A stretch of DNA of 25,071 nt from Prasinococcaceae sp. CCMP 1430 (GCA_013416795.1 RQSC01001187.1:1-25071); one strand, 5' to 3'. Counted from the stretch's first letter, positions 10,770 to 20,394 are shown. The notes: a model not told the origin generated them from the letters alone. Numbers and translations: made by a program.

Positions 10770-11110
10770 GCTTTTTTTTTACAGAAAAAATGTTTTGTTT
10801 TAAAAATCCGCGGATTTCTGCGCCGATTTCAGTCAATAATTCCGCTAATTTCGCTGCGGCCGACTCAAAATCCACTCTTTTTCACGCGCGCGTTTCCCCG
10901 TTTGGTTTTTGAGTTTGATTTTATTCGCCTTTTCCATCCACAAATCCGCCGAAATTCGCCGCGCCGAATCGATGCGTTTTCGTACGTGCGTTTCCCCTTT
11001 TTGATTTTGATTTTATTCGCCTTTTCCACCAACCAATCCCGCCGAAATTTGCCGCGCCGAATGAATGCGTTTTAATATGCAAACTCGCTTTTTGATTTTT
11101 TTTTTTCGGG
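10770..11110. promoter_or_regulatory. AT-rich core of the divergent DRC6/NPHP1 intergenic region with a tandemly duplicated 90-100 bp element
   Basis: 10889-10980 and 10988-11073 share gcgtttcccc...gattttattcgccttttcca...aatcc(c)gccgaaatt(c/t)gccgcgccgaat...atgcgtttt. Confidence 0.65.
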
Positions 11111-11558
11111 GCGTGCGGCCGCGCGCGCTCGGGGAACGCGCCCGGCGCCCCCGCGACCCCCCCGGGTCAGGGGAAGAGCCGGGGGGGGGGACCCGGGGGT
11201 GAGCGGGTCGCACCCGGGATGAAGCCGGTGCACGCGAGGCGGAGACCCCGGTCGGGCGCCCGTGCCGGCGTGGGGAAGGAGGTGTGCGCGTGACCGTTAG
11301 GTTGTGATGTGTGCGCGTGTGTCGGCGGGTGGGTGGGGGCGGTGGGTGGGAGCGGTGGGGCTGCTCCTCAGCAGCGCCGACGCTCTGCGAGCGCACGCCG
11401 CGCGCGTCCACTGGGGGGATGGGGCTTTGAGGGCCCGTGCGAGGGCGCGTGGGGCGCACGCGCGTGAGGGCGTGCGAGGGCGTGCGAGTGCGTGGGCCAC
11501 AGCGCAGGCCGCCGAGGGCGGGGGCGCTGCGCGCTCGGCCGTGCGCGGCCAAACAGCC

Positions 11559-14019
11559 ATGGAAGGCCCCGAGGAGGTGGCTGACGCGGCGTCCGACGCC
11601 TTGGATTACCATTACTACGAGGACGGCGAAGGCAACAAGGGCTACTACGACGACGCGGGCAACTACTACCCCCTGGGCGACACCACGGGCTACTACAGCG
11701 CGGACGGAGAGTACCACCTGTATGAGGCCTCCCAGGCGACCAGCGGCGCCGGCGACGCAGCGACGGCGGAGGCGGAGGCTCCCACGGCCGTGGCGGACGG
11801 CGACGGCGCTTCTCCCCCCGCCCCCCCCCCCTAGCGCCGGTGCCGGCGGTGGCACACAAGCCCCCGTCGCAAAGCCTGCGCTCGCACCCAAGGTGACGGC
11901 TCTGGACTTGTTGAGGAACCTCAAGGGCGCGACGAGCGCGAGCGTGCCTCTAGCAGCGGACACGGAGGCTCCGCCCGCGGCAGAGTCAGCGGCCGAGGAG
12001 TCCCCGCTTGTGGAAGTGTCAGCGGCGGAGGAGGTCGCGCCCGTGGAAGCTGCGGCAGAGACGCCGGCGACGTCAACAGAGGAGGAGGTCACGCCCGTGG
12101 AAGCTGCGGCGGAAATGCCGGCGACGTCACCGGCGGAGGAGGTCGCGCCCGTGGAAGCTGCCCCGGAAACGCCGGCGACGACGCCCGCCACACCTCCCGT
12201 CCAGCCGCCCGAAGCGGCGGTCGCGGAAGCAATTCCGCCGCGCCCCGTGCCCGCCGCAGCCATGCCCGTGCCGCAAGCAGTGAGCGAGTCCTCCCAGCTC
12301 TTGTCCCTCGGCCCCCTGCAGAACGGCTGCCTTCCTTCGGCACTGGGCAGACTGGCGCTGCATGGCACACATGGCCTAGCCGCCGTGCTGCATCCCACCG
12401 TCGGAGAGTCACAACTCGCGGCCGCTATGGCCGACGCGCCCGCCGACGCCCTGCGCATTGCGCCGGCCTTCCTGGTTGAGCTCGTGCAGGCGACAGGAGT
12501 CCCGTGCCCCGGGGTGTCCGCGCAGGGCCGCCGCGTGGTCGCACGGCGCGCGCGAATGGTGCTGTTCGACGGCGAGCGCTTCTTAGGCAACACGCTTTGT
12601 GTGGGCGCCATCGCACGCGCTGCGAGCCCGGCCGCCGGCGTGCCATCCGCTTCGACGAGTGCGGGCGCAAGCGATGCCTCCAGCTCGTGGACCTTCGACC
12701 TGCGCGAGCGCAGCGGTCGAATCGACCCAAACGTCGGCGGCGTCGATATGCCGTCGGCAGCCGCTCGCCGCGGGCGCCAGCCGGCAGCGCCGATCCTCGT
12801 GCGATCGCGGCTGCGCCCAGAGGGTCTCTCGTTGCTCGTGGAGCTTACGCTGGCGTACGAGTGCAGCAACGAGGAGGCCGCGCGTGCGCGCAACGGCTTT
12901 GCTGCGGGTGTCTGCGTCGAAGAGGAGGTGTGTGCAGCCTTTACCGCTGTGAGACTCCCTCTCGTCGAAGACCACACCGGTGCGACACGCCTACAAGGCG
13001 AGGGCGTGCGGACTTTGAACCTGCCGCTCTTTACAGGATCGCTCGACGCCCCGAAAGCGGTCGCGGGCGCGCAAGGGGCAGGCGCGGCCTCGCAGCAGCC
13101 CGGTCGTCATCCCACCGCGGATGCCGCCGGCGTCCCTGAGCTGGTGATACGCCTGAGCGCAATATCGATGAGCAAGGGTGCTGCTGACGCTGCACAGGGC
13201 GCATCGATGGGGCCCCAGACCGCGTTGCTGCCGTTCGACGAGCGCGGACGCGCGCTTGTGGAAGCGCTTAGCGCGTATACCCACGCGATGGCGAGCGCGC
13301 TGGGGTGCGTGATCGCCGCAAGGCGTCGCTTAGAGTTGCCCACGCGCACGCGAGTGCTTGTTTGCGCGCACAGGGCGTGCCTCAAGTGCGCGCACTGGCA
13401 CACTGCCACCTCGTGCTGCTCCGCTCGCTGACAAACGCTCACGCCTGTTCGCGCGCGTCACCGCGCATGTCTCAGCTCCACGCCAGCATCCTCGTCGTTC
13501 GCGTGGCCTGTGGCGTGCTTGCCAGCGCTGCTGGACCACAGCCTCCTCAGGGAGCGATTCATGGACGCCTGGCACGCGGAGTGGCAGGCGGCCAAGCGCA
13601 GACGGGGTCGGAAATCGTCCAAGGTACGTGGGGCATGCGCGTCGTCGCGAGCCCTCGCGCGTGCCATCACGTAGCGTGACAAAGACGGCTTTGCTGACCC
13701 TTCCCTTCTCCGTCCGCGTCCGCTCGCTCGCTCGCTTTCGGTTGCCTGCGCCTCCTGATTGTCGCTCCGTGCACAGGCGGGCGCAAAGGACATCGACGGG
13801 CTGGTTTCCACGCTTGCCCGTCATTGCGCGGCACTGTACCCTCTGCTGGGCGTGGCGTCGCTCGGGCGCTCCTCGGCGCTCGAGGGCGACGGCACCGCTG
13901 CCAGCAAGGCCTCGGACGTCCTGGCCTCCGCCGCATTGAAGGAGGGGCACGAGCTGACGGCGGACGCCTCGCTCGCGCACAGGCCGTTCAACGTGCGGGA
14001 GGTCACTGTGGCCATCTAG
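11559..14019 (+). CDS. NPHP1: Nephrocystin-1-like transition-zone protein; exons 11559-13304, 13476-13623, 13777-14019, with a +1 frameshift in the C-run at 11821-11831
   Basis: C-terminal half aligns, from memory, with the NPHP1 homology domain: LGPLQNGCLPSALGRL, HPTVGESQLA, RARMVLFDGERFLGNT, SWTF, LSLLVELTLAY, PALLDHSLLRERFMDAW, HRPFNVRE (human LGVLEKGFRPSTLSQL, QPELMPSQLA, HVRLCLFDGNKVLSNI, TWTF, LGILFELGISY, PMLLEQPDVMDALRSSW, HEPFDLSE). Both introns are phase-compatible. Confidence 0.75.
12028..12189 (+). repeat. Coding tandem repeat, 3 x 54 bp (EEVAPVEAAAETPATSxx)
   Basis: Units start at 12028, 12082 and 12136. Confidence 0.9.
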
Positions 14020-14353
14020 TGCGCGGCCGACTCCCCTTCGCGCTCTTCGGTTCGCAGCGCCGCTGCTGAGCGCCGCGGTGCACGCTCCAGGGCGTTACGA
14101 CGCGCGCCACGCGCGCGTGCGCGCTGGGGTGGGCGCACGCCGCGGCGCGGGACGTGCTCCGTCGCTATGGATGGTACGCACGTGCTGTAGTAAGACACAA
14201 CGCCACGGCGGTGCACACGGGTGCGCGCCAGCGGTATGGAAGACGTAATCGTGACGGGCATGGGCACAACGCGCGTGCATGCGCAAACGTGCATGTGTGG
14301 GCGCGCGTGCAATGCGCCAACGGGCACTGCCGCCCCTCTCCCCCTCTCTCTCT

Positions 14354-15502
14354 CTAGTAGAGCCCCGCGAGACACGCGTCGCACGCCGCCCTGAACGCGG
14401 CCGCCGCGTCCGCGCTCATGTCGCGCGGCGCGCTCACGCGCCCACGCTCGAAAGCGAGCGCGGCTGCGCCCGCCGCGCGCATCCTCGCCGCCCGCGCACG
14501 CACGGCGGCGACGTCGCCCCCCTCCTCCTCGAGCTTCTTGAGCTCCGCGGCGCCAGGGGTCGCGCACGGCGAGATGGGTCGCGAGCACCCCGGGCGGCCG
14601 CCCGCCTCGGCGGCGTCGAGCAGGCACCCCGCGAGCGCTTGCAGGTGCGCCTCGACGGCCTCGCGCACCTCATCGCTTTCGGCGTCGACGCCCGAGTTAG
14701 CGAGCGCGTCCGCAACCACCGCCTCGAAGTTGTCCGCCAGGCGCGCGCCGGCCTCGAGCGCGCCTCTCGCCTCGGCGTCGGCGTCGGCGGCCGGCGCGGG
14801 CACGCTCGCCCTGCCCGCCGCCAGGCCAAAGAGCTGGCGCACGACGGTGTTGTGCGTCTCCGCGTCGGCGCGCACGCGCGCGTACGCTGGCACGGAGGCC
14901 ATCGCCTCAAACCACGGCGCGCAGCGCTCGCGCAGGCCGTCGTGCGCGCGGAAGGTCGGCAGGTTGGCGACGAGGAGCGACATGGAAGGGGCCACCAGCA
15001 CGTCGGCGAGCGTCATGCCGTCGCCGCCGCACACGAAGCCGTCGGCGAAGTAGTGCTCCACCCGGTCGAGCACCGCGTCGAGCTCGTCGCGCGCGTCGTC
15101 CGCGCCACTCACGAGGTACCGATAGCCCACCGCTGTGAGCGCCCCGTCGCCTTCCACCTCCGCGCCCACGAAGGCGTCGTAGCGCTCGCGCTCCGCGCTG
15201 CCCTCCTCGGGGACCAGCCGCGGCGCGTCGGGGAAGCGCTCCTCGATCTCGCGCAGCAGCGCGTCCGACTCCCACACCAGCTTGTCGTCCGCGGCGAACC
15301 TCGCCGCGGGCACCAGCGCGGTGGGCACCATCTCCTTGTACCACTCGGGCTTGTTGCGCAGGTCGATGAACTCGGTGTCGTACGCGATCCCCTTGTGCTC
15401 GAGCGCGAGCCACACGCGCTCGCAGAAGGGGCACCAGGCGTTGGTGTCGCGGTACAGCGTAAGCGCCGGCTCGCCGCGCGAGGCGGGCGGGCGCGTGCGC
15501 AT
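14354..15502 (-). CDS. Cyanobacterial-type glutathione S-transferase-like protein with a CPFC motif and C-terminal extension; start codon uncertain
   Basis: LTLYRDTNAWCPFCERVWLALEHKGIAYDTEFIDLRNKPEWYKEMVPTALVPAARF...LVWESDALL is a thioredoxin-fold GST N-domain with a Cys motif. C-terminal APRDMSADAAAAFRAA is recalled from cyanobacterial and algal homologs. Intronless. Confidence 0.85.
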   Translation of the reverse strand: MRTRPPASRGEPALTLYRDTNAWCPFCERVWLALEHKGIAYDTEFIDLRNKPEWYKEMVPTALVPAARFAADDKLVWESDALLREIEERFPDAPRLVPEEGSAERERYDAFVGAEVEGDGALTAVGYRYLVSGADDARDELDAVLDRVEHYFADGFVCGGDGMTLADVLVAPSMSLLVANLPTFRAHDGLRERCAPWFEAMASVPAYARVRADAETHNTVVRQLFGLAAGRASVPAPAADADAEARGALEAGARLADNFEAVVADALANSGVDAESDEVREAVEAHLQALAGCLLDAAEAGGRPGCSRPISPCATPGAAELKKLEEEGGDVAAVRARAARMRAAGAAALAFERGRVSAPRDMSADAAAAFRAACDACLAGLY

Positions 15503-15572
15503 CGACAGTGGCCACGTGTGCAGGTGTGGCAACACAATTGCCGTGTCATGCAGGCTTCCCCGCGCGCTGTCG

Positions 15573-16403
15573 ATGGCCGCATCGCTCGCTGCCGCGCTGC
15601 CGTTGGCGCCGCCGCCGCTGGTGGCGCGGATGCTGCGCCCCGATGGCACGCTGGTGCGCGAGGTGCCGTTCGTGCCGTGTGCGGACGCGGCACCGGGCGA
15701 CTCAGGCGAGGGTCTGTGGACCGCGCTCGTGCCAACGACGCCGCTCGATGCGCCGGGCGCGCACGACATAGTCGTGCAAACCGCGGGCGTGCTGCGCTCC
15801 GAACCGAGGCGCGTGTCGCTGCACTCGCGGTCCTTCGGCGTGGAGCACATCTGGCTGCCCAGCGACAAGTCGGCGCTCGCCAACGGCGGCGGCGGCGCTT
15901 CGGGACCCCGCACGCGCCGCGACGAAGGCGCAGCCGTCGCTGCCTTTCTGCGACGATTCACGCCGCCGCACGGCGACGCCGGCCGCCTCGAGCCTGCGGC
16001 GCGGCCGCTGCGGCATCCGAGTCGGGCGCCCATCTCGTCCGGGTACGGCCTGCAGCGCTACTACGACGGCGTGTTTGCCGAGGGCTACTTCCACAAAGGG
16101 TACGACTACGCGGCAGGCACGGGCTGGCCGGTCGTCGCGCCGGCTAGCGGCGTCATCGCCCTCGTTGGCGCCGAGGCCGACGGGTTCGAGGTGCACGGCA
16201 ACTGCGTCGGCATCGATCACGGCGGTGGCGTGGCATCGCTGATGCTGCACCTGGACAAGGCCAGCGTGGCTGTCGGGGAGCGCGTCGAGAAGGGACAGGA
16301 GGTCGGCGAGGTTGGCGACACGGGCATTGCCACGGGGCCGCACCTGCACTGGGGGTTCTACGTTTCGGGCGAATCGGTGAACCCCGCCGACTGGCTCGAG
16401 TGA
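15573..16403 (+). CDS. M23 family zinc metallopeptidase (LytM/NlpD-like catalytic domain), cyanobacterial type; start uncertain
   Basis: ISSGYGLQRYYDGVFAEGYFHKGYD (HxxxD) ... HGNCVGIDHGGGVASLMLHL ... VGDTGIATGPHLHWG (HxH); upstream ALVPTTPLDAPG motif as recalled from cyanobacterial homologs. Confidence 0.9.
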   Translation: MAASLAAALPLAPPPLVARMLRPDGTLVREVPFVPCADAAPGDSGEGLWTALVPTTPLDAPGAHDIVVQTAGVLRSEPRRVSLHSRSFGVEHIWLPSDKSALANGGGGASGPRTRRDEGAAVAAFLRRFTPPHGDAGRLEPAARPLRHPSRAPISSGYGLQRYYDGVFAEGYFHKGYDYAAGTGWPVVAPASGVIALVGAEADGFEVHGNCVGIDHGGGVASLMLHLDKASVAVGERVEKGQEVGEVGDTGIATGPHLHWGFYVSGESVNPADWLE

Positions 16404-16598
16404 GCTCCTCGAGCGCGCGCAGGCGCGCGTCGCAGCAAAGGTAAGAGCTCAAAATCTTTGGTCGCATCCCGCCATAGGCGGTCACGCTTTATTATAGTGC
16501 AAGCGCAGGGCCACGCAAGGGCATGCCCCAGCCCCACAGGCGTACCGCAGCCGCGCGCGCGCTCGCCGAGCGCCTAGGCGTGCCGCCTCCCACGAGCC

Positions 16599-16752
16599 CT
16601 AGTAAGCTGGGTAGTTCGGCTGCGGCGGATAGTTGCTCGCAGGGTAGGGATGATGGCCAGGCGGTGGGCCTGGCGGGCCGGGAGGCATGCCAGGCGGGCC
16701 AGGCGGGCCGGGAGGCATGCCAGGCGGGCCAGGCGGGCCGGGCGGGCCGGGC

Positions 16753-16753
<1 letters not shown>
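16599..16753 (-). CDS. Possible terminal exon encoding a Pro/Gly/Tyr-rich tail, antisense to the apparent first exon of the ABC gene
   Basis: Reads [50 protein letters not shown] with mixed Pro codons. No AG acceptor is visible at its 5' edge, so the model is doubtful. Confidence 0.3.
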
Positions 16754-16810
<57 letters not shown>

Positions 16811-17171
16811 GTGTGTGTGTGTGTTCGTGTGTGTGTGCGCGCGCGTGTGTGTGTGTGTTTGAACGCATGCGCTGACGCGCACGCCCGCGCGCGCGCAAGG
16901 CGCGAGGACGCCGAGCGGCGCAGGCGCAGCCGCGGGGGAGGAGCCGAGCGACGCAGGCGCGCGCCGCTGAGGCAGCCGCTGCTCCCTGTCGCCGATGAGG
17001 ACGCCGAGGCCGCGGCAGACCTCGAGGCGGCGGCCGACGCCGACCTGGGCTCCTCCCCCGCGGAGCTCGCGGCGGCGCTCGCGCGGCACAAGCGCGACGT
17101 GCTGAGCAAGTGGCGCGCGTCGGCCGTCGAGGCGGCGCTCTTCGCGCTGTCGATGGGCTTTCAGGTGTGTG

Positions 17172-17203
<32 letters not shown>

Positions 17204-17232
17204 CGTGTGTTTATGTGGCTGTGTATGCGTCT

Positions 17233-17289
<57 letters not shown>

Positions 17290-17292
17290 TGC

Positions 17293-17347
<55 letters not shown>

Positions 17348-19771
17348 CTGACTGACGCACCTCCGGCCTCACCTCTTCGCGCTGTCGACGGTGCTCGCAG
17401 GTGCTCGCCGCGGTGAAGTGCGTGCGCTTCCACTTCGCGGCGCTCTCCGGGGGGGCGCTGCGGTGGGAGCAGGCGGTGCTCATGGCCGCGGCGGTGCCGC
17501 TGGTGGGGACGGAGACGCTGCTCGCCAGCTCGCTGCTGGAGGACCTCACGCGGCGCTCGGGCCTGCTGCGGAGGCGGCTGCACGCGCACGAGCTGCACTA
17601 CGACCCCTCGCTGGCGGGGCACGTGTGCGACCTGTGCCGCCTGCCCGTCAAGGTGTGTGTGTGTGCGTGCGTGTGCGTGTGTGTGTGTGTGTTTGTGTGT
17701 GTGCGAATACGCGCGAGGATGTGCGCGCCTGTGCGTGAGAGTGAGAGTGAGCGGATGTCTGCGAGTGTGTGCTGACTCCCCCCCCACATCCCACCCCACC
17801 CCACCCCACCCCAAGGGTGGGGTGAGCTGCAAGACGTGCGACTTCGACGTCTGCGAGACGTGCCTGCTCCGCGGCGACGCGCGCGTCGCCGAGCGGCAGC
17901 TGCGCGGCGACCGCGGCGCGCGCGAGGCGGAGGAGCTCAGCCCGCTCGCCTACCTGCGCCGCGCGCTGCGGCTGGCGTCGCGCCAGCTGCCGCTGCTGTG
18001 CCTCGCCTTTGCCATGCTCGCGGCGAGCTGCGCCACGCAGCTCTTCCTGCCCAACTACCAGGGGGGCGTCATCGACAGGGTGATACAGGCCGACCGCGCG
18101 GGCTTCGAGCGCGCCATGGTGACCTACCTGGCGATCTGCGCGAGCCAGGGCTTGGTTGGCGGCGTGCAGCGGCTCAGCTTCAACGTGGTGGGGCGCAGGA
18201 TCGCCAAGGACGTGCGCGACGCGCTCTTCGTGGGCATCGTGCAGCAGGACATCGCGTACTTCGACGGCACCACCACCGGCGACCTCGTGAGCCGGCTCAG
18301 CTCGGACGTCAACGCGATGGTGTCGCCCGTGCAGACGGTGCTCGGGTCGACCGTCTCCAACGCCGCCACGCTCGTGGGCGGGCTGGTGATGTGCTTCGTC
18401 ACCTCGTGGCGGCTCTCGATGCTCGCGTTCACGACGGTCCTCCCCGTCAGCATGGTCACGCAGCGCTACGCCAAGTGGAGCCAGCGCCTCAACCGCGAGA
18501 TCTTCTCCAAGCTCGGCGAGGCCTCCACGGTGGCCAACGACGCGCTGGGGAACATCCGCACGGTGAGGGCCTTCTCCACCGAGCCCGCCGAGATCCACAA
18601 GTACACCACCAAGACGCGCGAGGCCATGCAAAAGGGAGTGCGCGACGCGGTGGGCGGCGCGGGCTCGTACGCGCTGAATAATTACCTCGACCTCGGCGCC
18701 ATGGTGCTCATGCTGTGGTACGGCGGGGTCATCGTCATGAGCGGCGACGGCTCGCTCACGGCGGGCGGCCTCATCACCTACCAGCTCTACTGGAACATGC
18801 TGCAGTCGTCGTTCAAGTCGCTGCAGAACGTCATCACCTCCTTCACGCGCGCGGCGGGCGCCGCGCAGCGCGTGCTCAGCCTGATGGACTCCATGCCCGA
18901 CATCGACCCCGACGCCGGCGAGCCATGCGCGCAGCCCGTCCGCGCGCGCCTGGCGTTCGAGGGCGTCGAATTCGCCTACCAGATGCGCCCCGACAAGCCC
19001 GTGCTGCGCGGCGTCACGCTGGACGTGCCGTCCGGCGCGGTGGTCGCTCTGGTGGGCAAGTCGGGCGGTGGCAAGAGCACGATGGTGCACCTGGCGCTGC
19101 GCTTCTATGACCCCACGGCGGGACGCATCACCTTCGACGGCGTGGACCTCAAGCAGCTCAACCTGCGCGACGTGCACCGCTACATGGGCGTGGTGTCGCA
19201 GGAGACGCAGATCTTCGCGCAGGACATATTGTACAACGTGAGGTACGGCGTCGGCGACGACGCCGAGTACACCGATGAGGACGTTATCGCCGCGTGCAAG
19301 GCCGCCTCGGCACACGACTTCATCGTGGGGCTTGGGCCCGAGGGATACCGTACGCGCGTTGGCGAGCGCGGCGTGCGGCTGAGCGGCGGGCAGAAGCAGC
19401 GCATCGCCATCGCGCGGCTGCTGTTGAGAAAGCCGCGCATGCTGCTGCTGGACGAGGCGACGAGCGCCCTCGACGCCGAGTCGGAGGCGAGCGTGCAGGG
19501 CGCGCTCGACGCGCTGACGTCGAGCCGCAACTTCACCATTCTGCTGGTTGCGCACCGCCTATCGACGGTCATCAACGCCGACAAGATCGCCGTCGTCGAC
19601 AGCGGCTGCATCGCCGAGCAGGGCCCGCACGAGGAGCTGTTGGCGCAGGGCGGCATCTACGCGCGGCTCGTGTCCAAGCAGCTCGCCAAGCGCGCCAACC
19701 TCATCGAGGACGGCACGGGTGCGAGCGCGGGCGCGGGCACGGACGACGTGGTGGACGCGCTCGCCGAGTGA
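16687..19771 (+). CDS. ABCB/TAP-like half-size ABC transporter with an N-terminal extension containing a DC1/C1-like zinc finger; exons 16900-17164, 17401-17652, 17816-19771; first exon unresolved (about 16650/16687-16754)
   Basis: Membrane domain with [16 protein letters not shown] and [11 protein letters not shown], Walker [10 protein letters not shown], signature [13 protein letters not shown], Walker [12 protein letters not shown] and H-loop AHRLSTV. All three introns have GCTGAC branch motifs; introns 2 and 3 are phase 0. Confidence 0.92.
16754..17770 (+). repeat. Intronic (GT)n microsatellites of the ABC gene
   Basis: Tracts at about 16755-16858, 17165-17343 and 17653-17702. Confidence 0.95.
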
Positions 19772-20019
19772 CGCGAGGTTGCGCACGAACACGCTCAAAC
19801 ACAAACGCGCGCGCGCGCATACTGTACACACACTGTATAATGCCCTTCATTCAACGCGCCGTGTCCAAAGACGAGCGCGCTTGCGCTCCTGAGTGGGGTG
19901 CTCTCACCGGCAGCAGGCAGCCGTCCGCCGGACGGCCTCGGGCGCCATCGTCGGCGCCGTGCCGACCTCCGCGAGCTGCGCCGGCGTGGCGGCGTCGGCG
20001 TGCAACGGGTGTGTGACGG

Positions 20020-20105
20020 AGAAGTTGTTTTGGGAGGATTGATTTTAACCCTATTATTTTAACCTCAATGCATAAAGCTCCCGAAACCTAAACCTCAACA
20101 CCAAG
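20020..20105 (+). promoter_or_regulatory. AT-rich island with telo-box-like motifs upstream of the FG-GAP gene
   Basis: ttttAACCCTAtt near 20047, ttttAACCTCAA, and gAAACCTAAACCTCAA near 20084, about 300 bp before the ATG at 20395. Confidence 0.5.
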
Positions 20106-20394
20106 CAGGGCACGAGCGCGCGCGCCACACCGCACACCTCACTGCCCTCCTCCCCGCCGCCCTTCGGGCAGGGCGCTGGCCGGTGGGGGGCAGTGACCGC
20201 CTCCATCTCCGTCTCCCTCGCCCCCCCGGCCTCTCCTCCTGGCAGGCGGCGCTGCCTGCCGCGCCGGCGCGCGCGAGCCCGCTGGCAGGCCCCGCAGCGA
20301 TCGGCGGGGCGCTCTCGGTGCAGGGCGGCAGGGGGGGCGCGTCTGCACGGGGGGCAGGGGAGAGCGGTCGCGGCGGGTCGCGTTGCGGGCGGCC

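Noticed and set aside
9399-11075. 558-aa plus-strand ORF, and similar long ORFs at 11013-12977, 14279-16147, 17648-19555, 21928-23343 and 23184-24941
   Set aside because: Antisense or off-frame shadows of real GC-rich genes, with Arg/Ala/Pro-biased composition and no domain motifs.
14354-16403. GST plus M23 as a bacterial contaminant or recent operon-like HGT block
   Set aside because: GC and codon style match the neighbouring spliced genes, there is no gap or junction at the borders, and the genes are divergent rather than co-oriented. Old endosymbiotic origin is the simpler reading.
16441-16446. Strong donor-like AAAG|GTAAGA just after the M23 stop
   Set aside because: It lies 3' of the stop codon and I could not link it to a supported acceptor or reading frame.
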